DNA of 64,000 nucleotides from the NCBI GenBank assembly GCA_020137815.1, contig CM035360.1, positions 930,001 through 994,000 on the forward strand, read 5' to 3'. The translations under genes were made by a program, and so were the position numbers. Positions 40,905-54,420 of this stretch are shown here, in pieces. How positions within the stretch are numbered: the stretch's first letter is position 1; each line of letters begins with the position of its first letter. The notes under the pieces were generated by a model. It was not told the DNA's origin. It did no database searches and saw only the letters and a program-made list of their open reading frames with translations. The stretch comes from Hormiphora californensis. Taxonomy: Eukaryota > Animalia > Ctenophora.

Positions 40905-41177
40905 GGTTATGGTTTTTTTTCATCTGGTATTAAGGGCCTGTCGGCTCGGCCCCGTTGTTTTAGTTTTAGGGGGGATGTTTTAGGGGGGATGGGTTGAGTT
41001 TGGGTTATATTCGGGTCGGGGGGCCTTGCCAGGCCCCGAATGGTTTATGGTTTTTTTTCATCTGGTATTAAGGGCCTGTCGGCTCGGCCCCGTTGTGTTA
41101 GTTTTAGGGGGGATGTTTTAGGGGGGATGGGTTGAGTTTGGGTTATATTCGGGTCGGGGGGCCTTGCCAGGCCCCGA
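40905..41177. repeat. ~136-bp tandem duplication terminating the satellite array, followed by AT-rich microsatellite
   Basis: ttttttcatctggtattaagggcctgtcggctcggcccc...gggggccttgccaggccccgaa occurs twice. Confidence 0.9.
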
Positions 41178-42113
41178 ATATATATATATAATAATAATAT
41201 ATATAATATATATAATAATATAATAATATATAATTACCGTAAACTTTACGGCGTAAAGTGAGAGTGGACCGACACAGAATTAGACAATATTGTTGTCTAT
41301 ATAGATAGTAGAGAATAGTTATCGGAGCATGTTGCCTTTTCCCGCGACCCCTCGAATCTCGATCACGGAGATATTTTTGCTACAAGGGTGGGGATAAGAG
41401 AATAGAAACCCCTCCTTGAATTGTGAAACGTGTTGTAGGGCACACGAGTTAGGTTCCTCGTGTTCGTACATTGTTTCTTTCTCAGGGTGACTGAGAGTTT
41501 GTCAGGATAGGTATTTGATTTGAGAGTGAGTTAGGAGGATACAGATACTCACTGATTCTTTTAGGGAGAATCGATATTATTTAGTTACAATAATTATGGA
41601 GAGATATTAGGCAAATAGAATTAGAATTTAGAAGATTAGCATTCTCGGGATGGCTGAGCGTGCATCACGTGATCGGAGAGAGGCGAGACCAGGGAGAGAC
41701 CATCTCTTTATTGGCTTTGCCGGAACATTGTGAGTCTCATAAGGGGAGAAAAAAGTTGATTGAGGGAGATGAGTTGTTAGCTATTTGTTGTACTTTCTTG
41801 TGTATATAAGGTCAGTGACACATTATTTCAGATAGCTTTCTCCCAGCGTGCCGCTGGGAGAAGCTAGCTGTAGTTTATCCGCAACTGGCGGATAAACTGG
41901 TTTAAATTACGACGACGATCCCGAGGCGTAGCCGAGGGAGAGGCGGAGGACCTATTTCTATATATATTTATTAAAGACCCCCCGACTCCAGGTGAGACTA
42001 CTACTACTTACAGGAGCACGAGCCAACACAATAACACCTTTGTTTAAGACGTGGTATAAAAACAAAGACAACTGGACTCTGCAATAGTTCCATTCGCTTT
42101 ATTACCAACCACG

Positions 42114-42825
42114 ATGTGGACTGAATTTGGTATTTTTCTGTTAGTTATCTGCAGTAGCCTCTTGTGTGAGAAGTGTAACGAGGCTTACCTCCGTGTGAAG
42201 CAAGTAAACGTAAGTTACTAGTGGGCACTAATTGCAGCTATTATTTAATTAATTACATAGTAACTGGGTGATCATTAGTACTAAGTAACTGTGCAACAAG
42301 TCCCCCTCCCTTTGATTATTTGTTAACTCTCTTTTCCAGCCTCGGATCACGCTATCAGAACAGGCGGGTCTATCAACCCCTCCCCCTACAGGGCACTGAA
42401 ACAATATACCCGACCTTCCCTGTTATACCCCCCATTTTAGGGATAAAGCAGACGTTCTATAACCCGTTTATATCTCCCCATTCCAGGGCACTGTTGGGAC
42501 AAACCAGACGTTCTATAGTGCATGTGACGGAAGCAGGCATGTACACTGTAATGAGTCATGTGCTTCTGGGAGCTACATATATGGAGATTCTGGGCAGTCC
42601 ACGGGCCAGTATGATATCAGGGGATACGGAGAAAACCCGATTACCAACTGGATAAATGAACTGCCGGAGTTCCTGAAGGATATTGTGGACGACTTTGATA
42701 AGTTTCAAATAAGTTGTTACTCGGACTTTTGTAATTCGGACATTTCAGGCGCCGGATCTCTCCCTACCAAAGTAGCTCTTATCCTGTCGGCATTCACTGC
42801 AGCCCTACTATATGAAATACACTGA
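42114..42825 (+). CDS. Ly6/uPAR (three-finger)-like GPI-anchored protein
   Basis: Signal MWTEFGIFLLVICSS then LLCEKC; last exon ends ISCYSDFCNSDISGAGSLPTKVALILSAFTAALLYEIH* (CxxDxCN plus hydrophobic GPI-type tail). Middle exon uncertain. Confidence 0.72.
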
Positions 42826-43776
42826 GTTTTAATTATTCTGTAAACCAATATGTTTTTATTTTTGTACATCAACTATTTAGACCCCATTGACCATTCTGCA
42901 CAATAAGGGAACTTGTAGTCAGCGACATCCATCCCTCTCTTCAAACACCTACACCTAACTTACCCCAGTATGTCAGCAAGACTGGTAAACTCCGCACCGC
43001 CCTCTAGAGTCCCCGCTCCCAGTGGTATCTCAGGTTCGTCAGGGCCATCCTTCTTACAACTCGGCTCCTTTAGATCAACCTCTGGTCTCCTGTTTCTGTA
43101 GTTGTCAAAAACAAAGGCATCATTTTCAACAGCCGAATAGAAGCTGCCGACGAGAGAGGAGCGCGTGTGGCGTGTGCAAAGCTCGAAAATTTGATTCGAG
43201 CTGACCTAAGCGTGTACAAAGCTGTGCTAAGCTGTTCGATGACACAAAATCAGTTGGCAAACGCTGCTGGCCCCCGATAGGCCTTTTAGTCTGCCGTATG
43301 CACTAAATATGCGCCAGGCAGCGCTTTTTAACAAAACGAGAAGAAGTTTTTTTTCATATCAGCAATTCTGAACTTTAAAAACAAGCACGTTTTCAAAAAA
43401 CTTAAACATCAAGTCGCGCGCAAAATGGAACACGCAAAATTTTATATAAAAGCGTTGCCGCGCGCTTTGATAATTGTGCAGTTGCAGTGTTATTTTCCGT
43501 AAAATTCCATAAAAAATTTTGTGCACCGTTTCTTTTTCAATTTTTGAACTCATTTTTCCAATCGTTTCGTGTACTCCATCCGTAAAGCGTGTTCTGAACA
43601 GAAAATACACGGGACACAGCCTAGCTTCGCCACTGAATTATGATTTTGAGATAACGACCTTCCTTAACCCCCGTTTTCAACCGAAAACGGAAAAAGATCG
43701 CCAGCTTGATTTTTGTGTTTTTGTCATCCCGCCAACCTTTCATTATTAAAATGTCCAATTAGCTAGGGAATGAGAG

Positions 43777-46002
43777 ATGGAGGAAGGTGTGAAGGCCATT
43801 GCAATTTATGCAAACGATGCTGAGGATCAGGATGAGCTGTCGTTCAAAGTTAACGATGCCCTGATAGTCGTCAAGGAGAACTTTCAAAATGGCTGGCACC
43901 TCTGTGAGGTAAATCTTATCGAATCTTCTTTCGCCATTTCATTTTGCTCATTTCATTTTGCTCATTTTTGCCTTTTGTGAGTAACTTTTGTAGTAGATAG
44001 TTCGCGCTTGACGTCAGATTTTCCCCAGATGAACGGGTTGAGAGGAGTAGCCCCGGCAAATTACCTCCGATTGATACGAAAACCAGTTCAAACAGAAGAC
44101 ATTTACAACATTCCTAAATCCCGCAATGCTCTTGATCTCTCCAGTACAGACGTAAGAAAGTGTTTTAAAATGAAACATTATATATCCGTGCTGTGCTTGT
44201 TTAAAAACACGTCTTATGTTCGTCAATGAATGACATGTTTACTAACTAAGTTATCTCACTCCCCTCATTTCCATCCTTTACCCTGAAAAACAATTTCCCA
44301 GAATTTCAACTCATTACTTCTAAACTCAACTCCTTCTCATTAGTCCCTTCCTATACCTCTCAACTCCCCTCTCATTACTTTACTCCCATTACCCCTCTCC
44401 TTCCCCCTGCAGGGTGACTACATGAACATGACAGGTAGCCAGGAGGATATTTACATGAACACCAGCGCTCTCTCCCTCAACACCTCTTCATCAAGTATTC
44501 CCCCTGCCCCGATCCGCCGAACAGCACCCGCTCCAGCTCCAACACCACCCAAGAAACTCATCAATTACCCTCCTGTTATCTCCAAACTGTCCACTCAAAC
44601 GAGCGAGTACATGGTAATGGGCGGTAGTAATGGTGGTGGTGGTGATTATATTGATGTGGATGACTATGATGAACCGCCAGCATCTGCGGATTACGTTCAG
44701 TTTGATGGGGTCGCTAAAAACAGGTGAGCTCCACTTTTTCACAGGTGGTAGAATTACATTGTAATCTCCCCCTTCACCCTCGTAATATAAGTTAACTCAC
44801 ACGCCTTTCTATCTCTTCCACTGTTCTTCCGGGTACCGAGTCACAATGGCGCCTCTAGTATATATCTAGTACAGCTCCCCCCGTGAGAAACAGCTATGAT
44901 TTGGTGTATCGTGATGTCATGGGTTTTTGTATCTGGTTATCTCCTTTTTCTATCCTTTTCTATCTACAACTCATTATTATTGATTCTCCCTGTCCATTTT
45001 TCTATCTATCTCTCCCATATTTAGAGTCCTCTATTTTCAGTAACGAATCGGTTGGCAGTTCATTTACCGGGTATCCATATTCAAACGAGTCACTTACATC
45101 AAGTAACAAGGTCTCCAGTGAGTCTGTAAAAAGTTATGACTCTGGAATATCCTCTAGTAAACAAGGTAATGCCCATAAATGGTATCATATGTTGACCATA
45201 TTTGGTAATAATGTGTTACAACAATTATTTTCTGTTGTAATTTTTGTAAACATTAAACGGAAATTAAGAGGAGAGGAAGATATTATATATTTTTGACAAG
45301 GACTCTAAAACGTAAAAACCAAAATTTACTGCATGAAACATCAAACCTTTGATATTGCATTCACCCATCAAATCTTGCACAATCCGTTATCTCTTATCTT
45401 CTATATAATTTCCCATTCGAGGCCTTCCCGCCCCTAACTACTGTAAAACTAGATATTTTCGAGGCAATTAATTTTCGCGATTCGATCAAAATTTACTATT
45501 TTCGCGATTTTAATTTTCGCTAATCTCACTGCTACCCCCATTTCACGGTCCTAGTCTATTGTCTAATTACGCCAAGAGTGCAGTCATCATTGCCATGAGA
45601 CACCAGACCTGCTTGGCGTAGACCAATGAAATGTGAGCATTTTCTCATTGCTGATTGGCTCTAAGAGATAGATGAACCGATTGTCGTTGACTTAGTACTA
45701 AAAGTAAAAAATGTGTCATCCTGAAATAACTTGCACGAGCTTTCTGTAAAAAATCGTCCAAAATATTTTCGCGGAATTAATTTTCGCGGATTTTCCAGCC
45801 AAAAATAAAGAGCGAAAATAAAAATCTCACGAAAATATCTAGTTTTACAGTATAACTCTTTTTCCCAGATCAGAGAGACTCCCCTCCAGTCCTTCCAGAA
45901 AAACACAACCGACATACCACAATGCTGAACATATCACACCCGGGGGAAGACGAGGAGGAAGAAGACTACATGTGCCCACCTCCAGTAGCTCCACGACCTG
46001 CG
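43777..46002 (+). CDS. CAS-family (p130Cas/BCAR1-like) SH3 adaptor, 5' exons
   Basis: N-terminal SH3 AIAIYANDAEDQDELSFKVND...GWHLCE|MNGLRGVAPANYL; downstream YxxP motifs (YNIP, YDEP, YMCP) and a Ser-rich segment; exons 43777-43908, 44029-44151, 44413-44723, ~45025-45165, ~45869-46002. Confidence 0.75.
45441..45850. mobile_element. Tc1/mariner-type MITE (TA flanks)
   Basis: ta-ctgtaaaactagatattttcg ... cgaaaatatctagttttacag-ta. Confidence 0.85.
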
Positions 46003-48859
46003 GTGAGTAACAACCACCGTCCACCAACCCGCTCTGAATTTTGAGACAGCCCACTCAGAATTTAGAATTTTGTACTGTTCCTATAGCTGCCTGGAAAGAG
46101 AGAATAAGAGAACCTATTATTTCGAGGGAGTTGTATTTTGCTAGATCTGTGTTATAGAAATGAATGGTTTTAGTTGGATCAATTACCACTACGGTTGCTT
46201 ACCAGTATGTATTACTCTTTTTTTTCCTCTATCGCGGATCACATTATATCAAGTTGTCCGCACCTGGCCACCAACTGTACAACTACACACGCAGACATGA
46301 TCCTAGCCAATCCTCTATCATTGCTTGTCCTCATCATGTCACTCTCTCAATATGATATCCTCTCTCATTGCTTGTCCCCCCCATGTCACTCTCTCAATAT
46401 ATCCTCTCTCAATGACAATAACACACCCCACAGCTTGCACCCCCCCCCCCTGTTACTACCATTGCTCCTCAATATAGAAGTCACGTGACATGATAGTAGT
46501 TCCCATAGTACCACCATGTGTAGTGTATAGTTCCCACAAGGTGTGTGATACCAGCTACACATCTAATGGTGTTGATGATTGGGTGGTGAGAGCTTTCTTC
46601 ACAGCTCTGAGGGAAAAAAGGGTTTAAAGGGTTGGGGGGAATTGGGTGTATTTTGGGAATTTCCCTGGAAAGGTGGGGTTTTGGGGGGGCTTTTTTGGGG
46701 ACTGGGGAGGGGGGCGGGGAAGTCCTATCGGGTTGGTGGGGGGTAATCACCTACAAATTTGACCCAGTTTATTAAAGACTCTGCAGGGGGTAATTTCACA
46801 TATTTCCTCTTCTTCTTTTTCTCTTTTCCCCTTTTCCCCCATCTCTCTCTTCCCCCCTCTTCTCCTTCCCCCGGGGGGTTCTCTCTTTCTCTCCCCCCTC
46901 CCCAACCCTTCTTCATCTCTCTTTTTCCCCTGGGGGGTCGTCCTCTCCCTCCCCTCTCTCCTCTCCCCCTCGCCCCCCCCTTTTTTCCTTCCTCTCCTCC
47001 CCCTCTCCTCTCCCCTCCTCTCTCTCTTTGGCCCCGGGTTTTCTCCCCGTCCTGCAGGCCCCCGCTTTTCTCTCTCCCCCTTTCTCTTCTCCTCCCGGCC
47101 CCTTTTCTCTCTCTCCCCCTTTCTCCCTGGGGTTCTCCCTTCTCTTTTCCTTCTCTCTTCTCTCTCTCTCCCCCTTTTTCCCCTTTCTTCTCTCTCGCCC
47201 TCTCCCCCTTCTCTTCTGTCGTTTCCTTCTTCGTCTCCCCCTTCCTCTCTTTTTTCTGGGCCTTCCTTTTTTTTTCTCTCTCCCCTCTCTCTCTCTCGCC
47301 CGGTCTCTCCTCTCCGTTTTTGGGCTTCTCCCCCCCCTCTCCTCCGCTCCTTTTCTATCAAAATCTCCCGGGGGGCCATACCCCTCCCAAATTTTTCCCC
47401 CCCTGATTAAAAAAAAGGGGCCCCCCTCAAAATTTTCCTCCCAAAACCAACAAACCCCCGGGCGGGGGGCCCCGATCTGTGCTCCCCCCCCCCTTCCATT
47501 CCCCCCCCGGTTTCAATCTTTTTCTCCAAACCCCCACCCCCTTTTTTTACTTTCCCGGGGTGCTCAAACCCAAAACCCCCCTTTTTTATTTACCTCCTGG
47601 GGTTGTCTTCTCACTTTTCCATTTTTTTCCGGGGGGAGCGGGGGGGTGTCCATTCTCCACTATGTCTGGATTAAAATTTGGGGGAAGGGGAGTTTTGGCT
47701 ACACAAAATCAGGATAATAAGAAAAAAACCCCCCCAATTAACCCTGTTAAAAACCTTTGGGGCAACCCGTTTTGAGAAAAACCCCCCCCCCTTTTAAACT
47801 ACAGGGCAAATATTGTTTGATTTTTGGGGGTGAAAATTTTTGGTTTGGATGTTTTTTAACAGTTTTAAATTCCTGTTCCCAACAAAAAAAATACCCCCCC
47901 CCGCCCCTGCAACCGACCCCGGGTTAAACCCATTTCTGATCTGATTCTGATAAAAGGGGGGTTTTAACCACCATGGTCGACACTAAAATCACTAATAAAA
48001 AATTCCCCGGGAGGAGAAAAAATATTTTCCCCTGAAAACCCGTTTAACCCCCCCTTTCTTTTTCCCATAAAACCCTTTTTCTTCTAAAAACTTTAAAAAA
48101 AAACCCTGTCGGTTTATTCCGAAAAAGGGGGAAAGGGATTATAAACCTTTATTTTACTTTTTTGGGGTTGGGGAACAGTTTCCCCCCCCAAAACCCCCCC
48201 GGAACCCTCCCCCCTTCGTAAAGGGAAAGGGGGATAGTGTGTGGGAGGAGTGGGAAAAAGATGGGGAGTAAACAAAAGGAAAAAAACGAGTTTGAGAGAG
48301 AGAGAGAGAGAAGATTTAAGGGGAGAGATAAGCAAGACGAATTAAGAAGCGAGAAAGAGCGGGGGTCTGCGTAAGGAGAGGGGGGTAAGAAAGGGAAGAC
48401 GGGACCAACGCCTCAGTAGTACGTAAGAGAGAGGGGAGGGTTTCCCTTCGGCCCTCCTTTTGGGACAGTTTTCCACCTGCCCACACCTCCTATCGGTTTC
48501 CCCGGGGGGGGCAACCGGTTCCCGGGTTTACCTCCCCCAAAGGGTTTTCCCCTTGATCCGATTTCCAGTCCGGGGGTGTGGCCGTGGCAAAGCGTGGCTG
48601 TGTTCCAAAAATAACGGAAAAAAATCATAAATACAAAAAACACCAAAAATCTTTTTGGGGCCCAAAGGCGGCCCACAGTGTATCATCGCCACTACTATTT
48701 TTCCTACCCCGCCTTCTCCCGGCTTAGGGTTACCCGTTGGGAAAAGGGACCTTTCCCGCCACCTGTGGACCCCAAAGCCCCTTTATCTACTAACCCCACA
48801 ACCCAATCCTGAACTAATCTCTAACCCCCTACCCTTCCATTACCCTGTTCTTAGAAGAT

Positions 48860-50230
48860 AGTTAAACCCCGTTCCAGAGGGGATAGTTTTAGACCCCGCT
48901 CCACAGTGATAGTTACCCCGTGACCTCCATTGCCCTTATCACTTTAAACCCCTACATCCTATACTAATCTTCTAAACCCCTATTTCCATTTCATTAATAG
49001 GGTCTCGATCCCTTGGGTTTACCCTTCAGAGAGAATAGTTTACCCCGGTCCCAGAGAGGATAGTTTACCCCCGTCCCCAAAAGGATAGTTTACCCCTTTC
49101 CCGAGGATAGTTCCCCCTCCCAAAAGGGGTTTTTTAAACCCCCCCCCAAAAATATTTCCCCCTTCCCCGGGTATCCCCCCGTTCCAGAATAAGTTTTCCC
49201 CGGGAGGGGTTCAAAAATTTTTCCCCCTTTTAGGGTGTTTCCCGTTCCAGAGGGGGGTTTTTTCACGGGGGGTTTCCCCAAAATTTTCCAAACCCCCCCT
49301 TCACAGGGAATGCCCCGTTCCAGAGAGGAAAGTTTAACCCCCGGTCCAGAGAGGATAGTTTTACCGCCGCTTAAACAGAGGATAGTACCCCCCCGTTTCC
49401 AGAGAGGATAGTTTACCCCCCGTCCCAAAAGGATAGTTTACCCCCCGCTTAAACAGAGGATAGTAGCCCCGTTCCAGAGGGATAGTTTTACACCCCGTGT
49501 CCAGAGAGGATGTTTACCCCTTTCCCCCACGGGAGGATGTAGCCCCGTTCCAGGGGATAGTTTACCGTCCCGGTCCCGAGAGGATGTTTACAACCCCCCC
49601 GCTTCAAAAGAGGATAGTTGCCCCGTTCCGGGGAGGGATAGTTTACTCGTCCCAGAGGGGATAATTTACCCCCCTTTCCCAGAGGAAAATTTGGGGCCGG
49701 GGGTCCCAAGAGGATAGTTTCCCCCCGGTCCGGGGGGGTTTTTTTAGTTGGGCCCCGCTTCACAGGGGAAATGGGTACCCCCCCCGTTCCGGAGGGGTTT
49801 TTTTTAAACCCCCTTTTCAGAGGGGTTTTGTTTAACCCCCCTTAAACCAGAGGGTTTTGGTTTTTGCCCCTCCAAAGGGTTTGGCCCCAAACCCCATACC
49901 CCTTTTCCTGAGAAGATATTTTAAAACCCCCGTTCCCCAGGGGTAATTACCCCCCGGCTTCACAAGGAGGGGTTGCCCCGTCCCAGGGAAGGATTAGGTT
50001 CAAAAACCCCCCATACCCCGTTTTTTGAGAGGATTACTACCCCGGGGCCCCAGGAGGGGGATAGTTCACCCCCCCCCCACGAAAAATAGTTGCCCCTTCC
50101 GGAGGGGGTTTAGTTTAAAAAACCCTGTTCCTGGGGGAGGAAAAAGGGTTTACCCCCGGGCCCGGGGGAAAAAGGTTCCTTAAAACCCCGGGGCTCCAGA
50201 GGGGTTTGGTTCCCCCCGTTCCCGGGGGAA
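48860..50230. repeat. Degenerate ~25-bp minisatellite (ccccgttccagagaggatagttta)
   Basis: Many noisy copies of the gaggatagttta core. Confidence 0.8.
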
Positions 50231-50299
50231 TATAAATGCCCCCACACTGGCCCCTGCCCCCGACCCAAACCATTAGCCTTGTTTTTAAGATAAAAACCC

Positions 50300-53200
50300 C
50301 CGGGGTTACCTGAAAGTGTCGGTTCGTTCTGAAAAGCGTGAAGGGAAGGACGGCAAACCTTTAAACTAACGGACCAAAATGGGGCGGTGGGGGATTCCTT
50401 TAAAACCCCCCGGGGGGGGGGGGCTGCTAAACCCGGGGGGGTTTTTTCAGGGGTTAAAGGGACCCCCAAACACCGGGCTCTTCTTTCTAAAAAACCCCAA
50501 ACCGGGTTGAATGAAATACAGTGATTTTTTTGGTGAAAGCTCACCCCCAAAACCCTTACCATCTTATACGCGGGGTTAAAAAAAACCACCAACCAAAACC
50601 CCAAAGGGAAAGGTCTGGTCTAAGCAGAAAACCAGATTTTGGTATAACGGGGCACAAACCCGGGGCAGCCCCCCGGCACAATCCGGATCCTGGAAAGGGG
50701 CCCTCGAACGCCTATGGGAAAACGAAAAGGGGGGAAAAAACGGCTTCCCATTAACAGGTGCCAAACTCTAAAAGCCATTTCGGGATCAATAAGGGGAAAT
50801 TGGACGCAGGACACCCCCAAAAAGGGAGGGCTGTGCGGGCAAATGCTAGCAGGGCTAGAAAATTTTTCCTAAATATCCCCCGGGAAAGGGTGGATCTCAG
50901 GGTGAATGAAACCTGCGGGTCCGATTTAACCTGGGCCGGGGGGAAAACCGCCCCCCCCCCACCCCCCAACCACCACCCCCCAACCAGGGGCCGCCCCAAC
51001 AAATGGACCACAAAAATGAAATTCCCGCTCGTGTTCAGGGCCCCCGGTAACCCACAACCCGGACAGAAAGGAGTATGGACCCGAGTGGGGGGGAAAGGTG
51101 GTCAAAAAAACAACCAAACCCTTCCAAAAAACTGATGACCGCTTAAAACCCCCAACCTGAGATCTATAACTCAGTCGGGCCCTTCCCTTTCACCACGGGG
51201 AAAGCTGATGGAAAAAGAACAGGGGTTTTATACCCCACCGTGAAGAAACTGTTTGGGCACGAAAGGGCTGGGTAAAAGACACCCACCCCCAGAACCTTTG
51301 AAAAAAACCCAAAAATCCATTGGAAGGGGAAAACCCCCCTCACCAAACCCGGGGAAATCAGGGAGCAGTTCAAGAAACAAACTCGGGGAACCAAGCCCAT
51401 AAAAAGGTCACGGGGACCTGAGCCCGGTTCCCCTTTGGGGGAAACTCGAGGGGCAATTGACCGACCCCAAGCCCGGAAAATTCAAGTTTTTTGGGAAACC
51501 CCCGCCCCTTCCCCGGGGGTTTTGAACCCCTACGGGGGGGGCTTTTTAAAGCCCACGTGGTCCGAGAAAAAATGGGCATTGAGGCACCTTTTGGGAAACT
51601 CCCCCTACACCCCCCCAGAAAGAAAAAGAAACCCGATGGGGCTGCGACGACTTGAAAAGGGGTGGGGCCAAATTTTCGCTAAAGACCTCTCCGGGCTGCC
51701 CGAAATGACCCAAGGAGCCACCCCCCGAATTCCAAACTTAGATACTATTTTATAAAAAGTACCCACTCCTGCCCGAAAGGCTACAAGCAAGAATAGGGGG
51801 TAAAACGGGGAGGATTTGCAGGGAAGGGGGGGGAAAGGGTTTTAAGATTCAAAAAGAACGGCGCCCTTTTCGCTACAAAAACCGTTTCAGAACAACCAGG
51901 GGCCAACTTTTTACAAAAATTGGAGAAACGGGGGAACGACCCCATAATCCGGGCACGAATCTACACTAGAGGAAACCCAACGGGGGGACACTTAAATTCT
52001 GGAAAGGAGATATGGGGGGAAAGACGTCGGCCCAACACTGAAGCGGAGTGGTTGGATGACACCCAAGGGGAACCCTTTTAGACGGGCAAAAACCCCAAGA
52101 GGAAATTTCCCGATTTAAACCCCAGAAAGATTTTCTGCCCGTGTTTAAAGGGAATGACCAAATGTTCGTCCCCCCCTTTTGAAAGGGGCCCGCATGCCTT
52201 CTGGATCAAGGCACACAAACTTTTTTCTCCAATGGGGGGGGGAATTTTGGGGGGTTTTAGCTGCTTATTTAAATCTTTTTCTAAACCAAAGGGCCGGGGG
52301 CCCCGGAGGATGACTGAAGGCAGAACATACCTGCTGCTAAAAACCCCCAAAAAAGGAAAGAAGGGGTCCGGGAACTTTCAACCCCTAAAACCTTTTCCCC
52401 CCCAAGACCTCTGGAAATTTTACACGGAAGCTGTCAGAAGGATAACCTACACTCGACTTTAAAAAGGGTCCTTTTCCCCAAGAGCAAAAGGGGGTTTTTC
52501 CTTTTTGAAGGCAGGGGAGGGAAAAAACCGGTTTGCAAAGGGGCAAAATTATCCTACTTTATTTCAAACGTAAAAAACCCTTTCCCCTGTATATGTCCCT
52601 AAAAATCGACTAAAACCCGAGGCTATTAAATCGATTCCACACCCTTTGGGTCCTGAAGTCAATGGAGATGGGCAAGAAAACCCTCAATAATCCGCTAATT
52701 TGAATCATCGTTTTGCCCAAAATGTGTTTTTTTAATATTTTCCCAAACTGGCTCCGCCTTTGGGCCAAAAAACAAAATCAAGAGGGCCTCTTTCCAAGGG
52801 AGACGCCGTCCCCCATTCACTTTTTTATCGGGCCCGTCCCCTTGTCCCCTGCTCCCCAAATAAACCAAAGGGAAAGGCCCCCACCATATCTAACCCAGAA
52901 GCCCCAGATCCGATATTAGTTTAACCCCCCCGCCTATACATGGCGACCTTAAGCTGTAAAGCCAGCTCAAAAGCCGAAACCTCCAAAAAAGCTCTTGGCA
53001 GTCCCCCGGAAGTTTGGGCACTGGGGCATCAACATGTCCTTTTGGGCTTTTCCAAAGCGGGGGCCCTAGACATATGGATGGAGTCAGAAGTCGGATGCAG
53101 GGAAAAAAGCCTACCGAGTGGGACAGAATACCCGGAAATGGGAAAGATGGGGAAAAGGGGGGGGGTTTGCATCCTTTAGGTTTTTTCCCCATCCCCACTC

Positions 53201-54420
53201 AAGAAATTAAAGCTAAGGGCAAAAAAGAATAAAACCCGAAGAGTCAAGAAACTGTTTTCCTCGACCTGCAAGGCAAGAAACCCATCACTGGGAATCAACA
53301 CATGGGGAAAAACCTGTGATACGTTACGGTTCCCGGGGAAAAACTGGACTGGCCACTTTCCCAAGCCAGGACTAGATATGATTCTATGAAAAACCTGAAA
53401 GAGGAGTCATCAAGAACAACCCGTGACGTTGACCGACCCGTATGTCCAAAAAACGGGAGGAAGGGGCCTCCCGGGGGATTGAAGAGTCATTGGGAAAAGG
53501 GAAAAGGGCAGGACTCGTACAATTCCCTTTAACATTCTAAAGGACCCCAGGATACGTGCCCTCCACACGGGCGATGCAACTGAGGAAAATGCTAACTGGG
53601 CCCTCCAAAAAAGACGCGAAACCCTGAAGGAAAGATTGAGGCCCGGAAAATTGTAAGAAAAGGAAGAGCAAATGCTACATGGAAGATTCCTGAAACAACT
53701 GGAAAAAAGGGGGAAAGCGACCCCTAAAATTCACCTGGGGCCCGGGTCAAAAAAGAGAAACCTCAGGCAGGTATACCAAGCCGATGTATTTTTTCTCCCA
53801 GGACAACCATTTGCACGAACTGGATAAAAGCTGCCATAGAGAAAAAGCAAAGGGGGACTGAGAAGTGCCCTACGGGAACGAACACAACCCAGTCAGGGGA
53901 ACACATCCTAAACGGATGCCGAAACTCTCCAAAGGGACTATAACCAGACAAAAGATCGGTAGCCCGCCCTCCCCTCCTGGGGAAAAGTGCAAGGACTACG
54001 GAATTTTCCCGCTGAAACAAAGTGGGGGGAGCCACTATTCAGAAAAAATGCTTTTAGAAGGAAAAACTACAAGATTCTCTGGGGTTTTTCCCCATACCGA
54101 AAGGGCAACCCCCTCCAGGCAAAGTAAAAACCCGACTTGGTCCTTCTAACAAACTAAAGAAGGGAAACGCTACGATCGACGTCGCCGTACCAAAAAACAG
54201 GTCAGTCCCCCCGGACAGGGGGAATTTGGGGAAAAATTGAGAAGTACCAAAAACTTCGGAGGGAGCTCACAAAAGAATTTGGGGAAATTTAAAAGCCCAA
54301 AGGTCATCCCCACGTGATCCCAGCCCTTGGCGGAGTCAGGGGCCCCCCACTGGAGAAATACCTGACTTTCCATAACCCCCAATCTAAACCCCCCCCGCCC
54401 CCAAAGTTTAGTCCTGTTAA
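50300..54420 (+). mobile_element. R4/Dong-like non-LTR retrotransposon with restriction-like endonuclease (frameshifted as read)
   Basis: Ordered C-terminal motifs despite indels: MLHGRFLKQL (~53672), ICTNWIKAAIEK, CKDYG, PDLVL (~54131), IDVAVP (~54175), EKIEKYQ.LRREL, KVIP..ALG (~54300). The 5' boundary is approximate. Confidence 0.72.

Larger units (their letters stand above)
36727..40910. repeat. Tandem array of ~470-bp units (about 4 units, one split by the Penelope-like insertion)
   Basis: Units start ctcgaccaaaacgcggag at ~36727, 37201, 39984, 40456; contain aattacatgtaatt palindromes and (ggtttat)n ends. Confidence 0.92.

Noticed and set aside
36969-40983. Repeated small ORFs (MKVLKPPEVV..., MTVFRVLP...) as a peptide gene cluster
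   Set aside because: They are translations of the satellite unit; one copy is frameshifted and there is no coding signature.
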